A stretch of DNA of 64,000 nt from Octopus sinensis. Its lineage: Eukaryota. Made by a program: the position numbers and the translations under genes. This document shows positions 26,040-39,505 of this stretch, in pieces. The notes beneath the pieces are model-generated. The model was not told the origin of the DNA and searched no databases. It saw only the letters and a program-made list of their open reading frames with translations. The stretch lies in NCBI RefSeq assembly GCF_006345805.1, contig NW_021833751.1, forward strand, positions 7,702 through 71,701, written 5' to 3'. Every line of letters begins with the position of its first letter. Positions within the stretch are counted from its first letter, which is position 1.

Positions 26040-26390
26040 TCTTTTCTAACTGGCTACTTTGCTTGTTGCAAGATCGGTGACTTATTTTTCTATACATTGC
26101 GAGCTGGAGCGAACCATTGCTATCTCTAGCAGACAAGTGTCCACCACTGAAATGGGCAACAATAGCCCGAAACCAGCCTAGTCTAGTGGTCCTGTCAAAT
26201 TGCTAGAAGATGGTACGAGTTCGTTCCCCTGCCTGCAATATACATTTGGTGCAGATTACATCGATAACTAGCCACAGGAGGCGTCATCTTGTGGTTAGAA
26301 ATAGTAGTAATGTCCTTTCGTATGGAGCAGCCACGTTCAAGTGCCGAAAACCATTACTTATGTATGTATGTATGTATGTATGTATGTATG

Positions 26391-26803
26391 TCTAGTCTAT
26401 TTTTTTAATTATTATAAATCTTCCACCGAGGAGGGTGCTGGTTTCCAACAAAGATACAAAGCTCCATCTTTTGGATATAGTTAACACAGAAAAATTCACA
26501 TTTGGAACTTGAGTAAAGTCTTGCATATTTTTATTGTTCCACTCACAGGTTGCACTTGCATTGTACGAATCTGCTGGTCAATTTCTCTTTCTGAAAATCC
26601 CAGTTCATCTAGATTCTCCTTTAAGCATTTACTAACAAAACCTAGTGTTCCAAATATTATTGGTATGAATATGAACTCATAGTGTGGATATAGAAGCTGG
26701 AGGTTTCAATGCAGTTGTCCATAGATATCCTCTTTTTCTTTGATTTTCAAAGAGATATTCACATCTGCAGAGCAGCTAACCTCTACGATGGTGCATACCT
26801 TTC
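26391..26803 (-). mobile_element. 5'-truncated REL-endonuclease non-LTR element (family R3) in (TATG)n
   Basis: Collinear with 50932-51345. Encodes the C-terminal EV.C.ADVN.SLKIKEK.DIYGQL region. (TATG)n on both sides. Confidence 0.85.
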
Positions 26804-26979
26804 TAAGTATGTATGTATATATGTATTATGTATGTATGTATTTATATATATAATCCTAAGATGCGACGGTTATTTGAAGACACTTAAATATCGGTATATT
26901 CCGTCCCGCCTTCAAACCAATTAAAAGATGTATATTTTCTTTCAGATCTCCCAGAGCAGTTAAAATGCTAACGCAATAA

Positions 26980-27950
26980 ATGAAAAAACTTGCAGTCATT
27001 GTTGTCGTATGTGCAAAACATAGCAATTAAGAAATTGCCAACTTCCTAAATGCTGCAAAATCTTTTATACATAAAGTTTGGACGGAATTGAAAGTCTTTG
27101 GCAGAAATGTGTAGACTGATTCAAAGAGGAAAAAATTATTCTAAACTTTCGGACATTTTAAAGACACTGTAATTCATCGAACGGCTTCAGACAATCATCA
27201 ATAGTGATCCTGGAAAGGCAATGAGAAACATCGACAAAGAACTTGAGGTGTCGGAGTGGAGTGTGTTACACAAGGACATTCGCTATAGTTCGTATGTTCT
27301 GAGGAATTGTTAATTCATGTAAGTAAAGACAGGAAAACCGTTTGGTCTGTGCCAAGTGACTGTTTAATCTTCACGGACATGGCATGCTTTGGTTCTCTAA
27401 TGAGAAAAAAGCTTTGACCAAGACCAAAAGTCTAACAGAAGAAACGAAAGATGGTTAAGTGCAGATCCTCCTGAATGATGCACGTTAAGTATTCAGCTAG
27501 GGTGTTTCTTTTAGTTTTGAAGGTCATGTCATGCCACTTCTTATTCACAGAGTCTCAGAATTTATGCTGCTGGATACGTTGAGATGCTGGAAACAGTTAT
27601 TAAGCTCTGGATGGATAAAATATACAGTAAAAGGTCAGATGTATTTCAATAAGTTTCAGCATTTCATAAAAACTGAGAAAACCCAAGACAGATGTCAGAC
27701 AATATTTACGATCATATAACACGAAAATTGTTACCTTTTAAATTTGCCAGATTTAAATTTCATGAAGTATGGAGCATTGTTGAAAGGTAGACTAATCGAC
27801 ATCTTCACAGTATCATAATTTCACTGAAGACTGCCATTGTTCATTGAATGTTCAAAATGAATAAGAACCGTTTAGTGCATGTCAACGTCCCCAACCGGCA
27901 TCAAAACAGCCATCGAAGATAAAAGAAGATTCATAGAAACACTTTTAAGA
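26980..27950 (+). mobile_element. Decayed Tc1/mariner-superfamily (DD37D/maT-like) transposase remnant
   Basis: Fragments MKKLAVIVV..EIANFL, DQDQKSNRRNERWLSADP, EGHVMP and LETVIKLWMDK, with many stops and frameshifts. Confidence 0.7.
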
Positions 27951-28100
27951 AATCTTATCGAGATCAAATGCACAGATTTTTATTAAAAATCATTTGCTTT
28001 TTACCAGATAAGATTTTTGTTAAATTACCAAATATGAGACACGAGTTATATCCTCAGATATCTCTCGTGTCCCATATACATATATGTGTTTCTGTGCGTA

Positions 28101-28161
<61 letters not shown>

Positions 28162-28671
28162 AGTATGTGTATATGTTGTTCATGTGTATGTATGTGTGTG
28201 AAAGTGTGCTTTGGGTGGATGGGGTGGTGCGTGTCTGTCTACCGCTTAAAGACTAAAATATTAGAACTTATGTCGACTGATAATACAGTATAGGTGCCGC
28301 AGAGCACAATTAATATAAAGTTGGTTTTAATTATTTGCAATAATTTCAACATCAGCACTAAAATCATAAGAGAGAGAAGTACGGTGATTAACAAATACTA
28401 GTTGTTAATTAACATTTTTATATGAGCCAGAAAGGGAGACAATTCTGAATACTTCTGCAGTGATAATCAAGCATAAACAATTATTCCTAAAATGTATGGT
28501 GACGGATTCTTAGTATTTTAATTTCCCATTTCTCACATTTCCTGTTTCCGCTGATGACAGCTAACAATATTTCAGTGCTCTTAGTTATTTCCCTTCTTTG
28601 TACGGACGCAGTTTAATATTGTTAATGTAGCTCATACTGATGGGGTGGGGTGGGTTATTTGGGACGAAACA

Positions 28672-29045
28672 TCTCTATATATATAAACGGCAAAATGTCT
28701 GTCTGTCTGTGTGTGTGTGTCCTTTATACAACTCCACAATTTTTCAGTTAGAGGGCTTGCACTTTCTATGGTCATTCAAAACCGTCCAAGGGTGGTCGTG
28801 CACATCTTTACATTTCCCCAGTCAACCCGCAAAGTCATTAAAAAATCAATAGAAGTGACTTTTTTGTGAATTTTCTATCCAAAACCCAATCAAAATGCCC
28901 GAAACTTGATACACCAAGTGAATGCCAGCTAGCTGTATGTGATTGGTCGGAGATTTGGACAGTACTCGCGTGTATGTGCGCACGCACGCAGCTGTATATG
29001 CATGCACTGGCACTGTGATCCGGCGTTGCCGGGTCATAGTACTAG
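28672..29045 (+). mobile_element. Non-autonomous Helitron (second family)
   Basis: A|TCTCTATATATATAAA start, internal (GTCT)n, subterminal hairpin gatccggc gtt gccgggtc, CTAG|T end. Confidence 0.8.
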
Positions 29046-30004
29046 TTGGTTTATATTTGATTATGTAAGATACTACGAACTTTAGAGGACAGCATACGAT
29101 TCGTGTGCCAGGAAGGGTATAAGCGGCACAAGTTAAGGCAGATAGCTTTAAAGAGACAATCCCTCCCCCATACTTATTTCAAACAGAAACAAACAAAAGA
29201 AAATGACTAAGAATAAGGAAACTAACTGTTGATCCCTGTAGCTTTCTGTAGCTCTGAAACTAACTTTAACCAAGCCGGAATGTGATAAACGTATTTATTG
29301 TGATCGATGGCGTGAACTACCACGAATATCAACTGAAAACGTTGGCATTAAAATTGCATGTAACGTTTCATGAATGAACTAAAATAACAAGGAATATTGT
29401 GTAATAAAATAAAGTAGGAAAAACCCGAAAAACATTACTGTTAAATATTAGTGGAAATTAATCATAAAAAGAGATATAATCATTGCTGGAATATGTGTAG
29501 CAGAAAAAAACTCTTAAATGCAGATGGGTAAAAACAGCATTATAAAAATTACTTGAAACTCAAAACGGAAAAGAATCATAATAAATATTGAAAAAAAGCA
29601 AAAAAAAAGCAAGCAAGCAAACGAAAAACTGAGTGGAAAAAGTCACAACAAATGAAATCGAAATCGTGAAAGATAAGAATGTAAAGAAGAAAAAACAGCA
29701 GCTAATATTTCTGCAAAATAAGATATTCTTTGAAAATGAAAAGGGATTTTACAGATAATTAAGTTGGAAATAAAACAGAAATCAAGATATTTTACTTTGA
29801 TCGGTTTCTTTATATTTGTTTATTCATTTTGGTGACGAGAAGAAATGTGGAAAAAGAAATGGTCTGAATATTTGTTTTTATGGGTTAATCAAAAGATGAA
29901 GGATAATGACCGCGACCCGTATAGGTCCTTCCCCGCCTACACCGGTGAGAATGAGGATAACATTAATAATTTGTTTAAATATCTCGATCTACCCATTTCT
30001 GAAA

Positions 30005-30235
30005 GGTGGCGAGCTGGGAAAAAGTTAGAACGCCGGGCGAAATGCTTACCGGTATTTCGTCTGCCGCTACGTTCTCGGTTCAAATTCCGCCGAGGTCGAC
30101 TTTGCCTTTCATCCCTTTCGGGGTCGATAAATTAAGTACCAGTTACGCACTGGGGTCGATATAATCGACTTAATCCGTTTGTCTGTCCTTGTTTGTCCCC
30201 TCTGTGTTTAGCCCCTTGTGGGCAGTAAAGAAATA
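30005..30235 (+). mobile_element. SINE family A
   Basis: Full-length match to the family A consensus seen elsewhere in the window. Confidence 0.9.
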
Positions 30236-30564
30236 TATTTCGATCTTCCCATTTCAGTTCGAAGGAAAAACGAACGGGGTGGGAAATAAATTCCATAGGA
30301 ATATTGTGGAAACAAATGCGAAGGAAGTGTTTTGTATGAGGTTGGGAGATAAAACAGGGTAAGAGCTGCTGGAAAAAGGTGAGGCAAAAGGGTGACCTTA
30401 GGTGGAAAGGAGAGGGCAATTCAACTAATTAAGAACAATAAAATATGTTGTAAATGCAAAGAAGAAATTGCGTGCCATGGCTACCGTTGGTGAAGGAATA
30501 TTTACTAACGTTCTGGGTGTGATCTAGCATGGTTTTGGTCTTTAACTAAAGAAAAACATATATG

Positions 30565-30798
30565 TTTCTTTACTACCCACAAGGGGCTAAACATAGAGGG
30601 GACAAACAAGGACAGACAAACGGATAAAGTCGATTGCATCGACTCCAGCAGTGCGTAACTGGTACTTATTTAATCGACCCCGAAAGGATGAAAGGCAAAG
30701 TCGACCTCGGCGGAATTTGAACTCAGAACGTAACGGCAGACGAAATACGGCTACGCATTTCGCCCGGCGTGCTAACGATTCTGACAGCTCGCCGCCTT
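30565..30798 (-). mobile_element. SINE family A
   Basis: Full-length, reverse complement. Confidence 0.9.
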
Positions 30799-32848
30799 TA
30801 AAAGACATATCGTCTTAGAAAGGTGATGAGAATTCAAAAAGCGTGCTTACTAAAACTTTACAGAGTCAGGATCTAATCGGGTTTAAGTATTTTTCTCACT
30901 GTGAAGCGGAAACAGCCTGAGGTTGTTCTGTAATTGAGGATAGTGGTTTTCCAATCAGTAAGATGGCCTTCATTTCGATATGGGCGTGTGTAACATCATC
31001 ATCATCATCATTAGTAGTAATAGTAGTAGTAGCAGCACCAGCTGCATTCTTCTAAGGCGAATGCTTTCATCAATTAACGGCTATGTTACATTTATTTACG
31101 TCATTCTTTATTCATTAGTCAGCATGTTAATTGAAGATTGATTTTTTTTTATATGACCTAGTGTGTATGTGCCCCCTCAACCCTTCGCTTGATGTGTCTT
31201 TTATATATCTTGTGAAATCCCCTAGAATTAACCCAGCTTTTCAGGTGCATTAATTATGTTAATGAGGTAAATTTTTATCAAGCGGAAATTGAAACCGCTT
31301 CTTAATCTCAGCTCTCTGAAGTTTACCTCTTACTCTACAATTACTGCATAATTGTCTCCATCAAATATCGGTTTCAAATTTTAGCAAATTCGTGGCATGC
31401 GGAAAATCGATTACATACCAGAGGAATATTGTGGAAACAAATGCGAAGGAAGTGTTTTGTATGAGGTTGGGAGATAAAACAGGGTAAGAGCTGCTGGAAA
31501 AAGGTGAGACAAAAGGGTGACCTTAGGTGGAAAGGAGAGGGCAATTCAACTAATTTAGAACGATAAAATATGTTGTAAATGCAAAGAAGAAATTGCGTGC
31601 CATGGCTCACGTTGATGAAGGAATACTTACCAACGTTCTGAGTGTGATCTAGCATGGTTTTGGTCTTTAACTAAAGAAAAACATATCTGTTTCTTTATTA
31701 CCCACAAGGGGCTAAACATAGAGGGGATAAACAAGGACAGACAAACGGATTAAGTCGATTACATCAACTCCAGTGCGTAACTGGTACTTGTACATTTTTT
31801 GTAACTGCGCTGAACTTGTACATTTTTTTGATTGGCTGCCAAAGTGAACAGACGTTTTTCAGGAACAGAAACCCCGTTGAAGTCATAAGTTTAATCGAGG
31901 GCTTCATCTCCTTTACTCGGCGCAAATAAAATATTAGAACCGAGGAAGTTAGTTCATATTTCTAATTCGGATATTCACAAAATGTCAGTGGATTGGCAAA
32001 ATCGGTAGAGTATCGGACGAAATACTTCGCGGTATTTTGTTGAGTTCACCTAATTCCTAAGTTCAAATCCAACCATCGTTTGTCAATCTTCTGTGGTCCT
32101 CGAAATATGCACCCGTGAAATAGTGGGTTCAACGTCGATTGTGCTCTCCTTCGGTGTGCCCTCCCATAAAGCATCCTGGATGTCAATAAATCTACAAGAG
32201 AAGGAGAGTAGGAATAAATCTACAAGAGTAGAAGAAAAATATGGAGAAGAACAAAATGAAGGAGATGGGGAGGAAGGTGCAGGAACAATTTGAGGAATTG
32301 TGCCGGTGTCAAAAATTGAATTTGATAAAAAAATATTTTGTGTATAAATAAAAAAAATTGGGATCAATCCAAAATGATCGAGTCCCAGTAATATACTACG
32401 GGTTCAATGAAGAATTGTACCAAACATATAGGAAGTTTTTTGAGACTTCAAATTACTTTTCATTAAAACCGTATTCAAATTGTTCAAAAATTTATTTCTT
32501 AATTATGATTTAATTATTGATATTTTTTTTTTGTATTTCGTCAAGCCACAATGTTTTTGTATCTTCGAAAAAATGCTGTGATGTTCATGCCGCATCCGAA
32601 GTCATTGGCTTTCATTCTTGTCATGAGTTGACCTCAATGGATTAGAATAATCAATGACTCACACATTACAAAGTACCTTAGAACACAGTAAGGATTATCA
32701 TAAAATCCTTTAAAGGATAGTGACTGGAGTGAGGGGAAAGGAGGTGGGTTCATGCTATCGTGATATGCTAAAATAGCAGGGAAATCCGCCTGAAACCATG
32801 CGATGATATTATATACACACAGAGGAGGGGCGTACTGGAGAACGTTCT

Positions 32849-32915
<67 letters not shown>

Positions 32916-33108
32916 ATTTTTGAAAGTCTATGAGAATTACTTAATACAATTTTGGAAGTGTAGAGATGATTGTTTTCAAAATCTTATGAAATATTTTGAG
33001 GATGTTACTAACCTCTTTTGTGAGGAAGATTTTTTCAACTGCGTGAGCGCTTGCGTTTAATCTTTTTAAACACGTGTAGTGTCTCTCTATTATATATACC
33101 ACCGTGTA

Positions 33109-33145
<37 letters not shown>

Positions 33146-34399
33146 GTACTTAGGCGAGCCAGTATATTCCCAGATAAACAACAACACGAAACATCTGCGA
33201 CGCTTTTCTTCAAAGATCTGTCTCCTGAACCAAAACTGAGCGGGTGGTGAAGATAATTCTTCCCCTCCCTCCTCTTCTGCCTCATTATCATCAGCGTAAG
33301 CAACAGTAACAATGACAGCAACAAGGATAGGTATATATAGAGACATGCATATGCATACACACACACACACACACACGTGTATCGTATACGTGTAACTACA
33401 TTCGCAAACACTCGCACACCTACCATTTCCAGTTTTACGTAGATAGCTTGTAAAAGCACCGAATACTGCGTTATTAATCTTGAGAGAACATATTATGCGT
33501 GTGTTGTGGTGATGGCGATTTTGTGTGCATATCTGTGTATTATCTGAAACTTAGTTTAAAGAATAACAAAAGAAAAGAATGTTATTCTTTAAGAATTTGT
33601 TTCCAGAAAAAGAAACTTTCCAACGACTTCATCTCAAGGACCTCGTTTTACTTTGTTCGACATTCCTACAAACCAAAAATTGGCCATAGTTAATATTATT
33701 AACTGAAAATTAATATTAACGCAGTGTTTAATAAATGGCGTACAACACCGACTACCTGTCAGGTGAGCGGATGAAGCGGATAAACGGACTTCTCAGGTAA
33801 CACAAACAGACGACAGGTTTTGTGAGAGAAAACAAATGGAAGTTCTGTAGAAATGGCAAATCTCATTTATTCATATTTCCCAAGTAGACAACTAATCATA
33901 GAAATATTGAAACGAGTTGTACAAACAAAAGAATTCAGAATTATTTATATAAATGGAGAAAAAATGGAGACACATTTATTTTAGTTTGTCGAACACAAAA
34001 CATAAAGAAAAAAAAGAGACTCAATAATAGGCTTAACCCGTCATCCGGTTTAACACACCCACCAAGTACTATATATATATCTATATATGTATGTATATAT
34101 ATAGTTATACTGGGGAATGCTCATATCCTATGACCTCTTCAAAACACATTGGATAGAGAATCACTAAAGAAGTTACAGGATATGCGACGACAGAATGTTG
34201 ACAAAGAAATAATAATAATAATAATAATAATAATATAATAATAATAATAATAATAATAATAGTAATAATAATAATAATCAATCTGAAGTGAAGACCAAAT
34301 ACACAGTGCGTGTGTTTAACTGGCAAAATATGATCATCCCCAAGTACAACAATGTTGTAACACACGGTTTCACATCAAGTATCTAGCAAAATAAATACC

Positions 34400-34438
<39 letters not shown>

Positions 34439-34449
34439 TATATATTTAT

Positions 34450-34726
34450 CATGGACGTATGAGGGTTCAGCAATTTGTTGCTGAACAACCATACAGCTGA
34501 TTTGTTAATAGTGATCAAATGATTGTGCACACAGAAGCTCGCTCCCTCCATCAAATCGACATTACCTGTACAGATGCGCCGTGTGCCAAATGGCGAAATG
34601 ATCTCAGAGCAATGTGAAAAGAGGTGGTTTGTTAAAGAACACAACACAACACCCGATCTAGGAGTTGAACCCACGATCTCACAATCGTGAGCCCAGCAGC
34701 CTAACCACTAAGCCAAGCGCATTCAC
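34450..34726 (-). mobile_element. tRNA-derived SINE, family D
   Basis: Reverse complement reads A box tggcttagtggttagg and B box ggttcaactcc. Confidence 0.65.
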
Positions 34727-35091
34727 ATACACACACACACACACACACAACACACACACATGGTAAATGAAAGACGGAAAATGGAATATACGAGAATTTA
34801 TTATTAATCACAGCAATTGTTTCGATACATCAAGCATCGATCCCTCACGGGTGGGACACTCAACAACTGGCACAGGAGCATCCAGCGGTATAGATGTGTT
34901 TCATCAGGTGAGAAATAGGCACAACTCGTTTAAATAACAGTTCCGCAAAGTATCTTCTAATGTGTGTGTGTGTGTGCATGTATATATATATATATATATA
35001 TTTAAATTTGTACGTTCGTATATGTAAGTATTCGTATGTTGTATATGTATATACATATATATATATATATTTATGTTTGTATTCTGTGTGT

Positions 35092-35149
35092 ATTCTACTG
35101 ACGAGGCAAAGCATTCCTAAATGCAAAGTCAGAAATCCGGATCTAGAAT
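35092..35149 (+). ncRNA. Type I hammerhead ribozyme in a (TA)n-flanked ~220-bp element (about 35070-35290)
   Basis: attcta-CTGACGA-ggc aaa gcatt ccta aatgc aaa gtc a-GAAA-TCCGGA-TC-tagaat. Perfect 6-bp stem I, palindromic ATCCGGAT stem III, AUC triplet. Confidence 0.8.
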
Positions 35150-35288
35150 TATCGAGTAATATTTTACTAGTTTCATCTTGTCTCTTTGTTTTCTCTCCGT
35201 GTTGATATATGGACAAATTATGTGGTCTTAGAGTCGGATCATGGCTGCTATTTTCAGCATGGTGATATCTCGTAGATACCTTAATTTA

Positions 35289-35356
<68 letters not shown>

Positions 35357-35744
35357 ATCAAAAGATATACCGAGTATGTCTAGCTGTTGGAAATAACAGT
35401 CAAAACTTATTTAAACCTCCAAAATACACTGGTAATAACTACAGATATCAACCGTCCGAAGGCAAACAAGCCGAGACAATCTCTCAACATGCTTTCAAGT
35501 ATTTGGGAGATTGTCTAGCTCGTTTGTCTTCGGACGGTTGATTTCTGTAGTTATTATCAGTCTGTTATATCTGTTATTTTAATCCTTCAGCTATTTAATG
35601 ATTTTTTTGGGGTGGGAGTGAGGGCTGCAATCACCTATATTATTGATTCTGTCATTATCATTTTTAAATTGCTACACTAGATAATAACTGAGTTAATGGT
35701 ATTTTCGCAAATTATTTTTTTGTGAATTATTTGCTCCGTATTGA

Positions 35745-35873
<129 letters not shown>

Positions 35874-35875
35874 AT

Positions 35876-36681
35876 GTGAGTTATTTTGAGTAAACATTAT
35901 CTGAGAGAAATTTTCTTTAAGTAGTGGAAATGGCAAAAAAACTTTTTTGGCTGCTATTTCTAGCAAGTTCAGTATGTGGCAAAGTAATTTATTTTACTAA
36001 GCCCTAATTATATAATGTAATATTTTGAATTCGCCTTAAATGGTCCTTTTACATACTGAATACTTGGTGAAATTGATTGATAACTAATTAATTTTACCCT
36101 CAATTGTTGATATTATAATTCATTTCTCTCTGTCATATTGCCTCGGTTCTCACCGTTAAAATATAATGTTTGCTAGATAACCCACGTGGGTGGAAGGGGA
36201 GAGCAGGGAATCTTCGCTTGCACATTTTGAATTTGTTGGTACTGGCAGTCTGAACGGGTCATCTGAGGTGATAAGTCGCCAAAGGGTATGTTCTTTCTTT
36301 TTAGTGCTTCCAAATCCAAAATAAGAAATGTTGAGCTGACGAAAGAAATGCTAAGTTTATTTGGCTAATCTAGAAACGTTAACGCTCTCAAATAATCTTT
36401 GTACTTGTGATATTTTTCTGTTTTTACCTCCATACCTTCGTGAGTTATTTTGAGTAAACCTTATCTGAGAGAAATTTTCTTTAAGTAGTGGAAATGGCAA
36501 AAAAACTTTTTTGGCTGCTATTTCTAGCAAGTTCAGTATGTGGCAAAGTAATTTATTTTACTAAGCCCTAATTATATAATGTAATATTTTGAATTCGCCT
36601 TAAATGGTCCTTTTACATACTGAATACTTGGTGAAATTGATTGATAACTAATTAATTTTACCCTCAATTGTTGATATTATA
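35876..36681 (+). repeat. 242-bp near-identical direct repeats (35876-36117 and 36440-36681)
   Basis: Direct comparison shows one substitution. Confidence 0.9.
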
Positions 36682-36687
36682 TATATA

Positions 36688-36916
36688 TATCTGTAAATAT
36701 AATATGTGACAATTATTCGGTAGCCAAGATAAAGCTCTAGTTTCGGATGCCGAGGTGGAAATCCACGCCACCATCTCTTCAGTTATCTGGCCATCTGAAA
36801 AACGCTATGAAGAAAGATAACTGAAGAGATGGTGGCGTGGATTTCCACCTCGGCATCCGAAACTCGGAGTTTTATCTTGGCTACCGAATAATTGTCACAT
36901 ATTATATTTACAGATA
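36688..36916. mobile_element. Palindromic element with ~101-bp arms and 26-bp spacer, each arm carrying a hammerhead motif
   Basis: Arms 36688-36788 and 36815-36916. HHR on + at 36815-36877 and on - at 36727-36788. Confidence 0.85.
36815..36877 (+). ncRNA. Type I hammerhead ribozyme
   Basis: agataa-CTGAAGA-gatg...gtgg attt ccac...catcc-GAAA-CTCGGAG-TT-ttatct. Stem I 6 bp, stem III ACTC-G-GAGT. Confidence 0.75.
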
Positions 36917-36980
36917 AATTCCTCTATTTACATAATATTGAGGTATCTTTCATTCCTTTGTTATCTTACCGTTTTTACCA

Positions 36981-37012
<32 letters not shown>

Positions 37013-38647
37013 CAATGCAGTGATTTCTGAGGCTGGTCCTGCACATGGCGGAGACGTAAGATATCCCTATCTTTTTTTAAAATGTATTTTTCTTACGGAA
37101 ACCTACTTTTACGCATATGGAGATTCCGATTCTGAAAAAAAATATTTGGCTAAAATGGCAAGTTCAAAATTTCAATTGCCCCCAAACGCCACCCGCCCCA
37201 TTTCTTCATTTTTCACATTTTTTTTTTCGGAAATACGTAGAAAAATACGGAGATTATGATCCTGAAAAATATTGTTTGTAAAATTTCAATTTTTCAAAAA
37301 AAAAAAAAAGAAAAAATACCCTTCCCTTCACGATTCTACGGCCTTCAAGCAGGCTATTCACGTGCTAGAAATAACACCCAAATATCACATGAATTTATTA
37401 GGCGAAAAAAACTGCGATAAAAGGATGAAAGACATATGTAATCAATGTACTTACCTTTCTGCAAAGATTCCTTCCAGAGAAATTTCCGGCTGTAAAATGA
37501 GGATATACTGAGACAAATGAGGAATACAAACGAAGAATGCTGTGACAAAGTTGCAAACGAGAGTTTGTTAAAGATTTGGTTTATTTCTGCTCTCATATTT
37601 TTTGTAACTTTGAAGTTTCATTTTGTGGAGAAAAACAGTTTCAGTTGTAAAAATTAAAAAAAACTCAAAAAACAACAAAAAATAAAACAATGAACACTTT
37701 AATTTCATTTTTTCACAGAATACTTCATTTTACTGCGATCGTGAATTGTAAATCAGTTTCAACAAAACGGAAAGATAATTTAAGTAAATCGATGAAAGAT
37801 TAATTAGCTAAATTATATTTCTGATTTGAGAATTTCTTTGCTTAATACGGTGAAGATGGTTAATAATAACTTACGACAGACCGAAATAGATATTCCAATG
37901 TCACGGCAACATTTGAGCTGACTAATTAAGAATTATGGGAGTGTTGGTATGGTTTGGTCAGAAATTTTACAGGTCAAAATGTCAAAGCCATTCAGCCAAT
38001 TAGCCTGCCGCGTTAGCGACATCAATTACAAAGAACTAATAGAAAAGGGAGGGGAAGCCAAAACATGCGTTGTTCTGAGAGTATGCCTTCCGTATCGAGA
38101 TATCTGAATCTTACAGGCATTGAAATAATAGTTATTGAAAGAAAGGAAGTGTGTAGAGGGGGGGAGCAAAAGATTTCATGTGCGTTTTTCTTTAATACTC
38201 AGAGAACGGAGGGGGCGGGGCAAGATTTCATACGCGTTATTCTTTAAGCATGCTTAGTTGAAGCAAAATGGGAACACAATGAAGTTTCAATCTGGACGGC
38301 TTTCCTTTGAAACAAATAACTATTTCAGCTCAGTTTCCAATGATTTGGACAACTTTTCAACGTGGTTATAAAATACATTACGTTTTTAAATTGAGTTTTG
38401 AGTTAAATAAAAATCAACGGACATGCAGTGCATGACGAGCATGTCTCGACTGCACACCATTGGTGTATGTATATATATATATATATATAAATATGTAAAA
38501 AATACAAACTGGGACAAGAACGTAAAACATTTAGAAGACGATACAAAAAACACGAACGGGACATTCGAAGCCTTCAATCTTCAGTCAAGAACCGGATCAT
38601 CCTAACACTTTCGGCTGATTAATATTATATATATATATATATATATG

Positions 38648-38731
<84 letters not shown>

Positions 38732-38829
38732 AGGATAAGATCGTTCATCTAAAAATAAAATAACAATTTTATCAAGTGGTTAGCATGGAAAAAAATAACC
38801 TTCAAAGGTAATAATTATTAAGATTATAA

Positions 38830-39018
38830 ATTGGGGTATCTACGAGATACCACCATGCTGAAGATAGCAGCCATGACCTGACTCTAAAACCACCTGAATT
38901 GTCCATATAGCAACACGGAGAGAGAACAAAGAGACAAGAAGAAACTAGTAAAAAATTACTGGATAATTCTAGAACCCGGATTTCTGAGTTTGCATTTATG
39001 AATGCTTTGCCTCGCCAG
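38830..39018 (-). mobile_element. Second copy of the 35070-35290 hammerhead element (core decayed to CTGGCGA), with a partial inverted duplicate at 39030-39092
   Basis: Reverse complement is collinear with 35098-35287. Confidence 0.8.
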
Positions 39019-39090
39019 TATATATATTAAAGTGGTTTTAGAGTCAGATCATGGCTGCTATTTTCAGCATAGTGGTATCTCGTAGATACC

Positions 39091-39148
<58 letters not shown>

Positions 39149-39259
39149 ATATATATTAAATTAAATTAGAGATAAAACCACTATTAGGCAAATCAAACAG
39201 TGAAAATCATAAGCCAATACATAGAAATAAAATTAATTAATAAAATATAAAATATAAAG

Positions 39260-39297
<38 letters not shown>

Positions 39298-39470
39298 TTT
39301 TATATCTTGTTATTTTATTTAGTTATATCTCATTATATTGATTGTAATTGTTGTACTGTATTAATGCCTAAGCTTAATGCTCTTGTGTAGTGTTTTAATA
39401 AAGTATATAATTCGGTATTATCTGATAGTTGATGAATGATTTAGATATATTTCTCCATTTTCTTATTTTG

Positions 39471-39505
<35 letters not shown>

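Noticed and set aside
29600-29780. Possible R4-like fragment (QNKIFFENEKGFYR)
   Set aside because: It is a single short motif in A-rich sequence, which is insufficient support.
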